The notes under the pieces were generated by a model that did not search any database, was not told the origin of the DNA, and saw only the letters and a list, made by a program, of their open reading frames with translations. DNA of 64,000 bases from Alphaproteobacteria bacterium. Its GTDB lineage: Bacteria > Pseudomonadota > Alphaproteobacteria > CALKHQ01. The stretch spans positions 2,112,001-2,176,000 of the forward strand of contig CBDDFZ010000001.1 in NCBI GenBank assembly GCA_965227515.1. The letters are read 5' to 3'. Each line of letters begins with the position of its first letter. Positions within the stretch are counted from its first letter, which is position 1. Below, one piece after another: positions 42,404-50,481 of the stretch. A program made the position numbers and the translations under genes.

Positions 42404-44056
42404 TCACCCGGGAATGACCGAGGCGAAGAAGTCGCTGCCCTTGTCGTCGATGACGATGAAGGCGGGGAAGTCGCGCACGCGGATGCGCCACACCGCCTCC
42501 ATGCCGAAGTCCTGGAAGTCGATGGCCTCCAGCTCCTCGATGGAATCGTGGCCGAGCACGGCGGCGGCCCCGCCGATCGAACCGAGATAGAAGCCACCAT
42601 TGGCCTGGCAGCTCTCGACCACGCCGCGCGCGCGGTTGCCCTTGGCGATCATCACCAGGCTGGCGCCCGCGGCCTGCAGGTCGGGTACATAGGGGTCCAT
42701 CCGCGCGCCGGTGGTCGGCCCGAACGATCCCGACGAGAAGCCCGCCGGCGTCTTGGCCGGCCCGGCATAGTAGACCGGGTGGTCGCGGATGTAGTCGGGC
42801 AGGGTCTCGCCCGCCGCCAGCATCTTGGCGAACTCGGCGTGCACCAGGTCGCGGGCGACGATCATGGTGCCGGTGAGCGACAACGGCGCGCCGACCGGCA
42901 GCCTGCCGAGGGCCGCGCGGATGGCATCCATCGGCTGGTCGAGGTCGATGGCGGTCGGCGTGGCGCCGTCCAGCTCCACGGTCGGCAGGAACTGCGCCGG
43001 GTCGGTCTCCAGCTTCTCCAGCCAGACCCCGTCGGCGTCGATGCGGGCCTTGGCCTGGCGGTCGGCCGAGCACGACACGCCGATGCCGATGGGCAGGCTG
43101 CCGCCATGGCGGGGCAGGCGGATGAAGCGCACATCGTGGCAGAAGTACTTGCCGCCGAACTGGGCGCCGATGCCGAAGTTCTGCGTCAGCTTGTGGATGC
43201 GCGCCTCCATCTCGGTATCGCGAAACGCGCGCGCGGTCTCGTCGCCCGAGGTCGGCAGGGTATCCAGCCCTCGGGTCGAGGCGAGCTTCACCGTCTTCAG
43301 TGTCTGCTCGGCCGACAGCCCGCCGCAAACGACGGTCAGGTGATAAGGCGGGCAGGCCGCGGTCCCCAGCGTCTTGATTTTCTCGTCCAGGAAGGCGAGC
43401 AGCCGGTCGGGGTCCAGCACCTGGCGGGTCTGCTGGTAGAGGAAGGTCTTGTTGGCCGAGCCGCCGCCCTTGGCGATGAACAGGAGCTCCAGGGTATCGC
43501 CGTCGACCGCCTCGATCTCGATCTGCGCTGGCAGGTTGGTGCCGGTATTGACCTCTTCGAACGTGGTGAGTGCGGCCATCTGGCTGAAGCGCAGATTGCG
43601 GGTTGCCCAGGTCTGCGCGATGCCGGCGGAGAGAGCGCCTGCCAAGCCCCCTGGCATGTCGCCGTCGACCAGCACGTTCTGTCCCTTCTTGCCGACGACG
43701 ATGGCGGTGCCGGTGTCCTGGCAGCTCGGGAACTGGCGCGCGGCCGAAATCACCGCGTTCTTCAGCAGTTCGCGCGCCACCAGCCTGTCGTTGGCGGACG
43801 ATTCCGGGTCGTCGAGGATCGCGCGGAGTTGCGCCAGGTGGCCGGTGCGGAACAGGTGCGCGATGTCGGAGAACGCCTCGGTCGCCAGCCGGCTGAGCGC
43901 GTCGGCCTCGACGATCAGGAAGTCGCGGTCCCTCAGCCTTTCGCGGCGCACGCCGGTTCGGTCGAGCAGCCGGTATTCGGTGTCGTCCGGGCCGAGGCGG
44001 AACAGTGGCTGGACGTCGCCGCCCGGCTGCGGCGCGGCACTAGATGGTGCGGCCAC
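42404..44056 (-). CDS. Class I (Fe-S) fumarate hydratase
   Basis: [32 protein letters not shown]. Confidence 0.93.
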   Translation of the reverse strand: MAAPSSAAPQPGGDVQPLFRLGPDDTEYRLLDRTGVRRERLRDRDFLIVEADALSRLATEAFSDIAHLFRTGHLAQLRAILDDPESSANDRLVARELLKNAVISAARQFPSCQDTGTAIVVGKKGQNVLVDGDMPGGLAGALSAGIAQTWATRNLRFSQMAALTTFEEVNTGTNLPAQIEIEAVDGDTLELLFIAKGGGSANKTFLYQQTRQVLDPDRLLAFLDEKIKTLGTAACPPYHLTVVCGGLSAEQTLKTVKLASTRGLDTLPTSGDETARAFRDTEMEARIHKLTQNFGIGAQFGGKYFCHDVRFIRLPRHGGSLPIGIGVSCSADRQAKARIDADGVWLEKLETDPAQFLPTVELDGATPTAIDLDQPMDAIRAALGRLPVGAPLSLTGTMIVARDLVHAEFAKMLAAGETLPDYIRDHPVYYAGPAKTPAGFSSGSFGPTTGARMDPYVPDLQAAGASLVMIAKGNRARGVVESCQANGGFYLGSIGGAAAVLGHDSIEELEAIDFQDFGMEAVWRIRVRDFPAFIVIDDKGSDFFASVIPG

Positions 44057-44813
44057 CGTCGACTTCCAGGATCACGCCGGTGATGAACGAGGCCTCGTCG
44101 GAGCACAGATAGAGTGCTGCGTTGGCAACGTCCTCCGGCTCGCTGAGGCGGCCCATCGGCACGGTGGCAATGAACTTCGCCCGGTTCTCCGGCGTGTCCG
44201 GCATGCCCATGAAGGTCTCGAGTAGGCCGGTCGCCCCCATCACCGGGGCAAGTCCGTTGACGCGGATCTTGTCGCCGGCCAGGTCGACCGCCAGCGAGCG
44301 GGTCATCAGGTTCACCGCGCCCTTCGACGAGTTGTACCAAGTGAGGCCGGGCCGGGGACGGATGCCGGCGGTCGAGCCGACATTGAGCATCACGCCGCCG
44401 CCGATCTCCCGCCAGTGCGGCACGGCGGCATTGGTCATGTGGAAGATGGAGTCGACGTTGATCTCGTAGACCCGCTTGAAGGTGGCAAAGTCGGTGTCGA
44501 GCAGCGGCTGGTTCTTGTGCGACCAGCCTGCGTTGTTGACCGCGATGTCCATCCTGCCGAACGTGTCGACCACCACCTTGACCGCGGCGGCGACCTGCGC
44601 CCCGTCCGACACATCGCAGGTGATCGCGATCGCATCGTCGCCAAGGGTGCCAGCGACGGCGCGCGCACCTTCCGCGTTGACGTCGACGACGGCCACCTTC
44701 GCACCCTCGGCCACGAATCGCTGCGCAATCGCCAGGCCGAAGCCGGACGCGGCACCCGTTACCAAGGTGATCTTATCCTTCAGCCGCAACGTATCCCTCC
44801 CGTGATGTTGCAC
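44040..44813 (-). CDS. Short-chain dehydrogenase (TsaC/FabG-like)
   Basis: [20 protein letters not shown] (YxxxK), VDGGRTI; start uncertain (44813 or TTG ~44789). Confidence 0.88.
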   Translation of the reverse strand: MQHHGRDTLRLKDKITLVTGAASGFGLAIAQRFVAEGAKVAVVDVNAEGARAVAGTLGDDAIAITCDVSDGAQVAAAVKVVVDTFGRMDIAVNNAGWSHKNQPLLDTDFATFKRVYEINVDSIFHMTNAAVPHWREIGGGVMLNVGSTAGIRPRPGLTWYNSSKGAVNLMTRSLAVDLAGDKIRVNGLAPVMGATGLLETFMGMPDTPENRAKFIATVPMGRLSEPEDVANAALYLCSDEASFITGVILEVDGGRTI

Positions 44814-45056
44814 GCCTATGCAGTCTGCCCGTGCCTGACCGGACGATACAGGCCCGCCCGGCGAAAGTCACAATCTCAACCGCGATCCGCCGGGTTGTAC
44901 ATCTTGTCGGAAACACCACCAAATATGTCTTGTTTATAGCGATTCTCAAATATATTGCTGCCGATACTGGTAACGAAAATGTTATGTGCAACCATATCTG
45001 GAAACGCTCAAAATTGGCCCACTGGGCTCTACTAACTATTTTCCTTCAGGCCAGAT

Positions 45057-45671
45057 ATGCTTAAGAACAATGCGAGTGTGATCGCAACTAAGATTGTCGA
45101 GTATTTTCGAGAAAGTCCCAAGATCGAGAGTTTAACTGAGTTTTTAGAGATCAACGCGCGAAATTTGCAGATATTTCTGGACCCGTCGATGGATGTCATG
45201 CCATGCGTGCAGCTTTCGCAAACGTTCGATTATTGGAGAGGTCTTCCAGTTGTCGATGGCGTCCCGGACACAACGGTCGTCGAACCGGAAAATCTTGTAA
45301 AGGCACTTGGTAATTTAATGCTGGTCGATGTTGTCGATGGCGGCGACGATCTCTTATACGCGTTGTACGGATCGAACATCGCCCTGGTGTCGGGGTTCGA
45401 CATGACCGGCAAGAGCGTCTGGGAAGTGCCGACCACCAGCGATCTACAGGTGTTCTTTGTGGCCTGCTATATCGCGGCACTGGAACTGCGCAAGCCGCTC
45501 TACACTATTCACCGCGCCCCGCCGCATATCACCATCAGCGATTGGCACCGTCTGATTTTGCCGATGGGCAAGAACGGGGAAATTCGCCGTTTTCTGGTCT
45601 GCAACGTGCCGTTCGCGCGGGACGACGAGAACGCGGAGACCGAAGAGGCCGAGCGGGCGGTGAACCACTGA
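45057..45671 (+). CDS. PAS_5-type domain protein
   Basis: FDYW..L, ALGNLMLVDV, YALYGS, DMTGK, WHRLILPM pattern of stand-alone PAS_5 proteins. Confidence 0.7.
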   Translation: MLKNNASVIATKIVEYFRESPKIESLTEFLEINARNLQIFLDPSMDVMPCVQLSQTFDYWRGLPVVDGVPDTTVVEPENLVKALGNLMLVDVVDGGDDLLYALYGSNIALVSGFDMTGKSVWEVPTTSDLQVFFVACYIAALELRKPLYTIHRAPPHITISDWHRLILPMGKNGEIRRFLVCNVPFARDDENAETEEAERAVNH

Positions 45672-45691
45672 CTGGCTCACGACCGGCCGGC

Positions 45692-46474
45692 TCACCACAC
45701 CATGTAGCCGCCGTCGATCACGAATGCCGCGCCGGTGCAGTAGCTTGAGGCGGGCGACGCCAAATAGAGCGCCAATGGGCCGATTTCGGGAGGATCGCCC
45801 GCACGGCCCATGGGTATCGCTGCCTCGAAGCTCTTGATCACCGCGGGGTTCTTCTGTGCCCATGCCTTGTTGGCGTCGGTCATGAACAGGCCCGGGCAGA
45901 TCGTGTTGACCGTGATCCCCTTAGGCGCCCAGTCGGCCGCGATAGCCCGCGTGAAATGGATGACGGCCGCCTTGGCGGTCTCGTAGTGCCGGCCGGCGAT
46001 GTCGCGGTTGGCAATCATGCCGCTGATCGAGCCGACGTTGATGATGCGCCCCTTGACGCCGCGCTTCGCCATGTCGCCGCCGAATGCGCGCGTGCACAGG
46101 AACACATGGGTCAGGTTGAGGTCCATGTAGGTGTGCCAGTCGGCCACCGACGTTTCGTCCAGCGTCACGTTGGCCCGTCGCCCGCCGACATTGTTGATCA
46201 GAATGTCGATGCCGCCGACCTCGCTCAGCGCCCATGCGCACATGGCCTCGCACTGGGCCGGCTCGGCAACGTCCGCGATATGGGTCCACACGGTGCGCCC
46301 GCGGCTTCGCAACTTGCTCGCCGCCTCTTCCAGGCTGGCCTCGGTCCGGCCCACCAGCACGATATCGGCGCCGGCATCGGCCAGGGCGAGCGCCATCTGC
46401 AGGCCCAGCCCCCGGCTGCCACCGGTGATCAGGGCGCGCTTGCCGTCGAGCCGGAACAGGTCGAATACCGACAC
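45692..46474 (-). CDS. Short-chain dehydrogenase (gluconate 5-dehydrogenase-like)
   Basis: LFRLDGKRALITGGSRGLG, YETAK, IDGGY. Confidence 0.88.
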   Translation of the reverse strand: MSVFDLFRLDGKRALITGGSRGLGLQMALALADAGADIVLVGRTEASLEEAASKLRSRGRTVWTHIADVAEPAQCEAMCAWALSEVGGIDILINNVGGRRANVTLDETSVADWHTYMDLNLTHVFLCTRAFGGDMAKRGVKGRIINVGSISGMIANRDIAGRHYETAKAAVIHFTRAIAADWAPKGITVNTICPGLFMTDANKAWAQKNPAVIKSFEAAIPMGRAGDPPEIGPLALYLASPASSYCTGAAFVIDGGYMVW

Positions 46475-46478
46475 CGCC

Positions 46479-47345
46479 CTAGAGCCCGAAGATGGAGGAC
46501 AAACCGAGCCGGTCGCTGAGGCCGGCCATGGTGGCGTCGTCCGGCACCGCGCTCAGGTCGCTGGCCGCGCGCAGCACCGCCGGCAACAGGTGGACGTCGC
46601 CGACCGAGTTCAGGAAGATGCCCGGCCGCGCCAGCACCCAGTGCACGGCGGCGCTGATGTCGTCCTCGTTCTCCAGCGGCTGGTACCAGGTGACGTGGCT
46701 GCGTTTCACGCCCGCCGCCCACGGCCCGCGCGCGATCGACTTGATGGTCTGGACCGCGACGTTGCGCTCGGCGCACAAGGCGGCGGTGGCCTCGAAGTCG
46801 TCGGCATAGGTCTCGTGATGGGCGGCGAACCAGTTCCACGGCATCAGCACACTGTCGAAGTCGAACCGCTCCAGGCTGCGCTTGTGCATCGCCGCCACGG
46901 TCCAGCCATGCCCGGTCACCCCGATGTGGCGCACCAAGCCCTCTTCGCGCGCCCGCACCGCCGCTTCCAGCGCGCCGCCGGGCGACAGGGCCTGTTCCCA
47001 TTCGTCGGGATGGAACAGGGCGTGGAGTTGCAGCAGGTCGACATGGTCGGTACGCAACCGCTCCAGCGAGCGGCGGATCTCGTCATAAGCACCCTTGGCG
47101 TCGCGCTCGCCGGTCTTGGTCGCCAGGAAGAAGTCGTCGCGATGGCGGTCCATCCACGGGCCGATCCTGAGTTCGGAGTCGCCGTAGCTGGCGGCCGTGT
47201 CGATGTGGTTGACGCCATGTTCGAACAAGAGGTCGAGCACACGGTCGGCGGTCCCCTGGTCGACCTCGCCGAGTGCCGCGCCGCCGAACAGGACGGCAGA
47301 ACTCATGTGGCCGGTGCGGCCGAAGGGGCGTTTCTCGATAGCCAT
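46479..47345 (-). CDS. Aldo/keto reductase
   Basis: [31 protein letters not shown]. Confidence 0.9.
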   Translation of the reverse strand: MAIEKRPFGRTGHMSSAVLFGGAALGEVDQGTADRVLDLLFEHGVNHIDTAASYGDSELRIGPWMDRHRDDFFLATKTGERDAKGAYDEIRRSLERLRTDHVDLLQLHALFHPDEWEQALSPGGALEAAVRAREEGLVRHIGVTGHGWTVAAMHKRSLERFDFDSVLMPWNWFAAHHETYADDFEATAALCAERNVAVQTIKSIARGPWAAGVKRSHVTWYQPLENEDDISAAVHWVLARPGIFLNSVGDVHLLPAVLRAASDLSAVPDDATMAGLSDRLGLSSIFGL

Positions 47346-47446
47346 GGCGGGGCTCCTTTGTATGCGCGGGGTGCTGCTGGCAGTGTAGTCTGGCCCCGCC
47401 CGGCCCGTCACGCCGGTTTCCGCCCATAGCGACGATTGGCGCCTAA

Positions 47447-47893
47447 ATGTCCGAACCGCCACAGCCGACACACCTGCCCGACGATCCCCAGGCGCGCATG
47501 CTGCTGCTGGGCGAGGTGTTCTGGCTGCTGCTGCACTCGCCATTGCACCGCCGGCTGACGGTGGACGCAGCCGAGGCCTATTTCGTGACCCCGCTCAGCC
47601 TGGGGCGGCTGCGCTTCTTCCGCCGTGGCGCGGCGCCGGTGGGCCTGGTGACCTATGCCCACCTGGGCGCGGACGCGGAGGCGCGCTACCTGGCCGGAAA
47701 GGAGGCATTGGCGACCGAGGATTGGGACAGCGGCCCGCAGCTCTGGTTCGTCGACATGATCGCGCCGTTCGGCGACGGGCGCGCGATCTCCGCCGAAATG
47801 CGGCGCGGCATTCCTCCCGGCCAGGTCGGCAAGGCGGTGCGCCGCAACCCCGACGGCACCCTGAAACGGGTGGTCGGCTACACACCGCTTTGA
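47447..47893 (+). CDS. RTX toxin-activating lysine acyltransferase (HlyC/RtxC family)
   Basis: [14 protein letters not shown] (Ser/His motif) and [20 protein letters not shown] (Asp motif) typical of TAAT enzymes; 148 aa. Confidence 0.88.
   Translation: MSEPPQPTHLPDDPQARMLLLGEVFWLLLHSPLHRRLTVDAAEAYFVTPLSLGRLRFFRRGAAPVGLVTYAHLGADAEARYLAGKEALATEDWDSGPQLWFVDMIAPFGDGRAISAEMRRGIPPGQVGKAVRRNPDGTLKRVVGYTPL
47737..47893 (+). repeat. 157-bp direct repeat, copy 1 (3' end of the hlyC-like gene)
   Basis: Matches 49608-49764 with 4 mismatches. Confidence 0.97.
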
Positions 47894-47947
47894 TTTTCGT
47901 GCCTGGTCTTCTTAGTAGTCAGTATGCTCTAAGCACAAGTTGGTTTT

Positions 47948-48604
47948 CTAGTTCCCCTCCAGGAATTTTGTCAAGAGTGCTATGTGGTCATCTGTTTTTA
48001 GAGGAGCCGATGAATAGTAAATATTCTTATCATACGGAAGCCCAATTCGTTTTTCTATAGAGAAGACTCTAGGTTTATAGATGTCTTCTACTTTGCTTGG
48101 GTCGGCATGAAATGACAATCCAATAGGTTGATATTTCGACGTTTTCACCCCATACGACATAAGACTGTCTGTGATTGACGTCATCATTTCTGAGAAAAAA
48201 TTAAATCTATCTTCTATATCAAAATTTAATTGACATACTATCCTGCTTTCATAAAATTTTCGGCTTTCAACTAGATCTGTTATTTCCAGGTCGTATTCTT
48301 GTTTTGCGAATCCGACAAAATCTTCCAGGAACTCATCTAAAATTTTGGTGCTGATCTTCCCCTCGGCCACCAATCCTCCTTGAAATATCTGGAAACTGTC
48401 CACGACAGAGTTGTTGTACTCTCCATGAGAAAATCGCACCGATCCAAATTCTGTCTTCATTTCTTTAATCGATTTCGGATAGTCGGCGAACCGATAGCGC
48501 TTCACCAGGCGGTCTACAGCGTCTGGTAGGTAAAAGGGGCCACTTTTTGTCAATAAAGCAAATGTCCAGATCACCTGATTATTGTCAAAATCCAAAATTT
48601 TCAT
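47948..48604 (-). CDS. Hypothetical protein (218 aa), third gene of the islet operon
   Basis: Long ORF in AT-rich DNA; ATG 1 nt after the DUF2442 stop. Confidence 0.75.
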   Translation of the reverse strand: MKILDFDNNQVIWTFALLTKSGPFYLPDAVDRLVKRYRFADYPKSIKEMKTEFGSVRFSHGEYNNSVVDSFQIFQGGLVAEGKISTKILDEFLEDFVGFAKQEYDLEITDLVESRKFYESRIVCQLNFDIEDRFNFFSEMMTSITDSLMSYGVKTSKYQPIGLSFHADPSKVEDIYKPRVFSIEKRIGLPYDKNIYYSSAPLKTDDHIALLTKFLEGN

Positions 48605-48605
48605 T

Positions 48606-49178
48606 TTAAATTGCCGAAATTGATGGTTGACGATTTCGGCTATTCGCCAAGTACGAGTCTATTTCTCTATTTTCCTGATCCAAAGCGGCGAAAATATCGT
48701 GTCGACGCCCCAACCATACAGGTGCTTCTTGTTTATTTTTACTTCCGCCAGAAAGGATGTCATCTATATCTATTCTTGATTCTCGTGTTTTTTTCGCCTC
48801 TGTCTTAGGTGGAAAGTCTGGTTCGGGCATCGCATCATTAGTTGTGGCGGGTCGAGCTTGGGCCAGTTCAACTTTTCGCATCCATGCCCGAGTTCCAAAT
48901 CGTCCTTGTAACAGGCTTGGAACAAATAGATCGACGTCGAGGCTGGGCCAATGCAAGCTCAAACCTAAACCATCGGTCACTACGTTCCAAATATCTGACC
49001 GATTCTTGTCATGTAGAGTTTGAATAACCTGTATAGGGATTCTGAATTCGCATCCGTATTGAAGGCTGACGACCAATTCATCGCGCTCAGGATCATAGTC
49101 AACTGAGATTGCGCGAAGGGTTGATTCGGTCAGAGCTCGCCCTCGAGCCTCCGCAGTCTCAAAATCTTGCTTACTCAT
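48606..49178 (-). CDS. DUF2442 family putative antitoxin with C-terminal extension
   Basis: AISVDYD...L.V.L..G, GLSLHWPSLDVDLFVPSLLQGRFGTRAWM; ATG overlaps the DUF4160 stop. Confidence 0.82.
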   Translation of the reverse strand: MSKQDFETAEARGRALTESTLRAISVDYDPERDELVVSLQYGCEFRIPIQVIQTLHDKNRSDIWNVVTDGLGLSLHWPSLDVDLFVPSLLQGRFGTRAWMRKVELAQARPATTNDAMPEPDFPPKTEAKKTRESRIDIDDILSGGSKNKQEAPVWLGRRHDIFAALDQENREIDSYLANSRNRQPSISAI

Positions 49179-49416
49179 CGCCATGAATCTCAAACCACCT
49201 AGCTAGGAATGCGTCCCTGTGCGTTCGAACTTCAGCCATTAGCCGCTTCATCTCGTTGGGCTTGATCCTGACAGTCCATACCAATTTTTCCTCGCCGTCT
49301 ACAGTGCCCAACTCCACCTTGGCCTCACCGTGCCCAACAATGTGGATGTGAGGCGGCTCATGATCATCTGTGTGGATGACGAACCGATATCCGCGCGCTG
49401 TGTGAACCGTAACCAT
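49171..49416 (-). CDS. DUF4160 family putative toxin
   Basis: MVTV...GYRFVI...DHEPPHIH...GEAK...W.EIHG; 81 aa, upstream of DUF2442. Confidence 0.88.
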   Translation of the reverse strand: MVTVHTARGYRFVIHTDDHEPPHIHIVGHGEAKVELGTVDGEEKLVWTVRIKPNEMKRLMAEVRTHRDAFLARWFEIHGDE

Positions 49417-49607
49417 TCAAGCTAGTCGACAAATGTGCATTTTCAATGTGTTCGATGATTCCATTGCTGCCAGAACAACTCGCACCTGGCAACGAGATAG
49501 CGGTCGAGCCGGTTACCATACACGTCTCTATCGACAGCGGTATGCGGTTTGCAGACAACTGGGTGTTCGCTCGTGGCCTTGAGCGGAAGAGGCGTATCTC
49601 GCACGTT

Positions 49608-49764
49608 GCAGCTCTGGTTCGTCGACATGATCGCGCCGTTCGGCGACGGGCGTGCGATCTCCGCCGAAATGCGGCGCGGCATTCCGCCCGGCCAAGTCGG
49701 CAAGGCGGTGCGCCGCAACCCCGACGGCACCCTGAAACGGGTGGTCGGCTACACACCGCTCTGA
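49608..49764 (+). pseudogene. 157-bp direct repeat, copy 2: orphan 3' fragment of the hlyC-like gene
   Basis: Encodes the identical peptide [13 protein letters not shown]...VVGYTPL-stop but lacks the 5' two thirds of the gene. Confidence 0.9.
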
Positions 49765-49843
49765 GTCCCTTTGAACCTGCGGTAGCGAAGATGCGACTTC
49801 GCAGGAGAGTGACCGAACAAGCCTCGACAAGAAGGGTGGAACA

Positions 49844-50305
49844 ATGCAACGACAATCAAGAACGCCAAGTCCGCCACGCACGGTTTTCATCGCGTGCGCG
49901 TTGGTCCTTGTCAGCTACGTCCTCACTGGCTTCCGGATCTACCTGAAGTTCTCCAACCCCGAGCGCTATCTGGACGACCTGTTGGTCGTCAGCGTCATAA
50001 CTCTGGCCCTGTTCTGGGCGTTCGCGCTGTCGTTGCCGTTCGTGATGATGGCTGGGCGCAACTGGGCCCGGATCGCATTCCTGGTGTTCGCGGTATCCGG
50101 TGCGACCGTACTCACCTTCGAGACGGAATGGGTCGCCGGGCCATCGCCGGCACATTCGTTGCTCGGTTGGATCCAGTGGGGCTTCCAGATCGTTGCGGCT
50201 GTGCTCCTGTTCCTGCCGGCATCCGAACGCTGGTTCATGGCGATGAAGGCGCACTACAGGAGGCCGGGCGGCAATGTGCATAAGCGCTGCAACTGTGCGA
50301 CCTGA
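49844..50305 (+). CDS. Small hypothetical membrane protein (about 4 TM)
   Basis: Four hydrophobic segments, GRNWARI and LLFLPASERWF motifs. Confidence 0.7.
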   Translation: MQRQSRTPSPPRTVFIACALVLVSYVLTGFRIYLKFSNPERYLDDLLVVSVITLALFWAFALSLPFVMMAGRNWARIAFLVFAVSGATVLTFETEWVAGPSPAHSLLGWIQWGFQIVAAVLLFLPASERWFMAMKAHYRRPGGNVHKRCNCAT

Positions 50306-50481
50306 CCCAACCCGGGCCGCCGCGACCGGACCTCACCTGATCCGCAATATGGGGCATTGACCCCATAACCTGAAACGCTCGCTTACCCCACCTTCCAGTC
50401 ATTCCCGGCCTCAAACCGAACAGGCGACCGGGACCGACGCAACGGTCCGATACGGGCCAATGAAACGGAAGGATCAAGGTA

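Larger units (their letters stand above)
47894..49607. mobile_element. AT-rich genomic islet between the direct repeats; no mobility gene
   Basis: Abrupt composition change right after the hlyC stop; flanked by 157-bp direct repeats; carries a TA pair. Confidence 0.75.

Noticed and set aside
47894-49607. Prophage or IS element
   Set aside because: No integrase, transposase, terminal inverted repeats or phage genes seen; reported only as an islet
49446-49946. ORFs 49446-49946, 49549-49764 and 49364-49855 as real genes
   Set aside because: They cross the islet junction; the only recognisable part is the duplicated hlyC 3' fragment, which lacks the catalytic Ser/His
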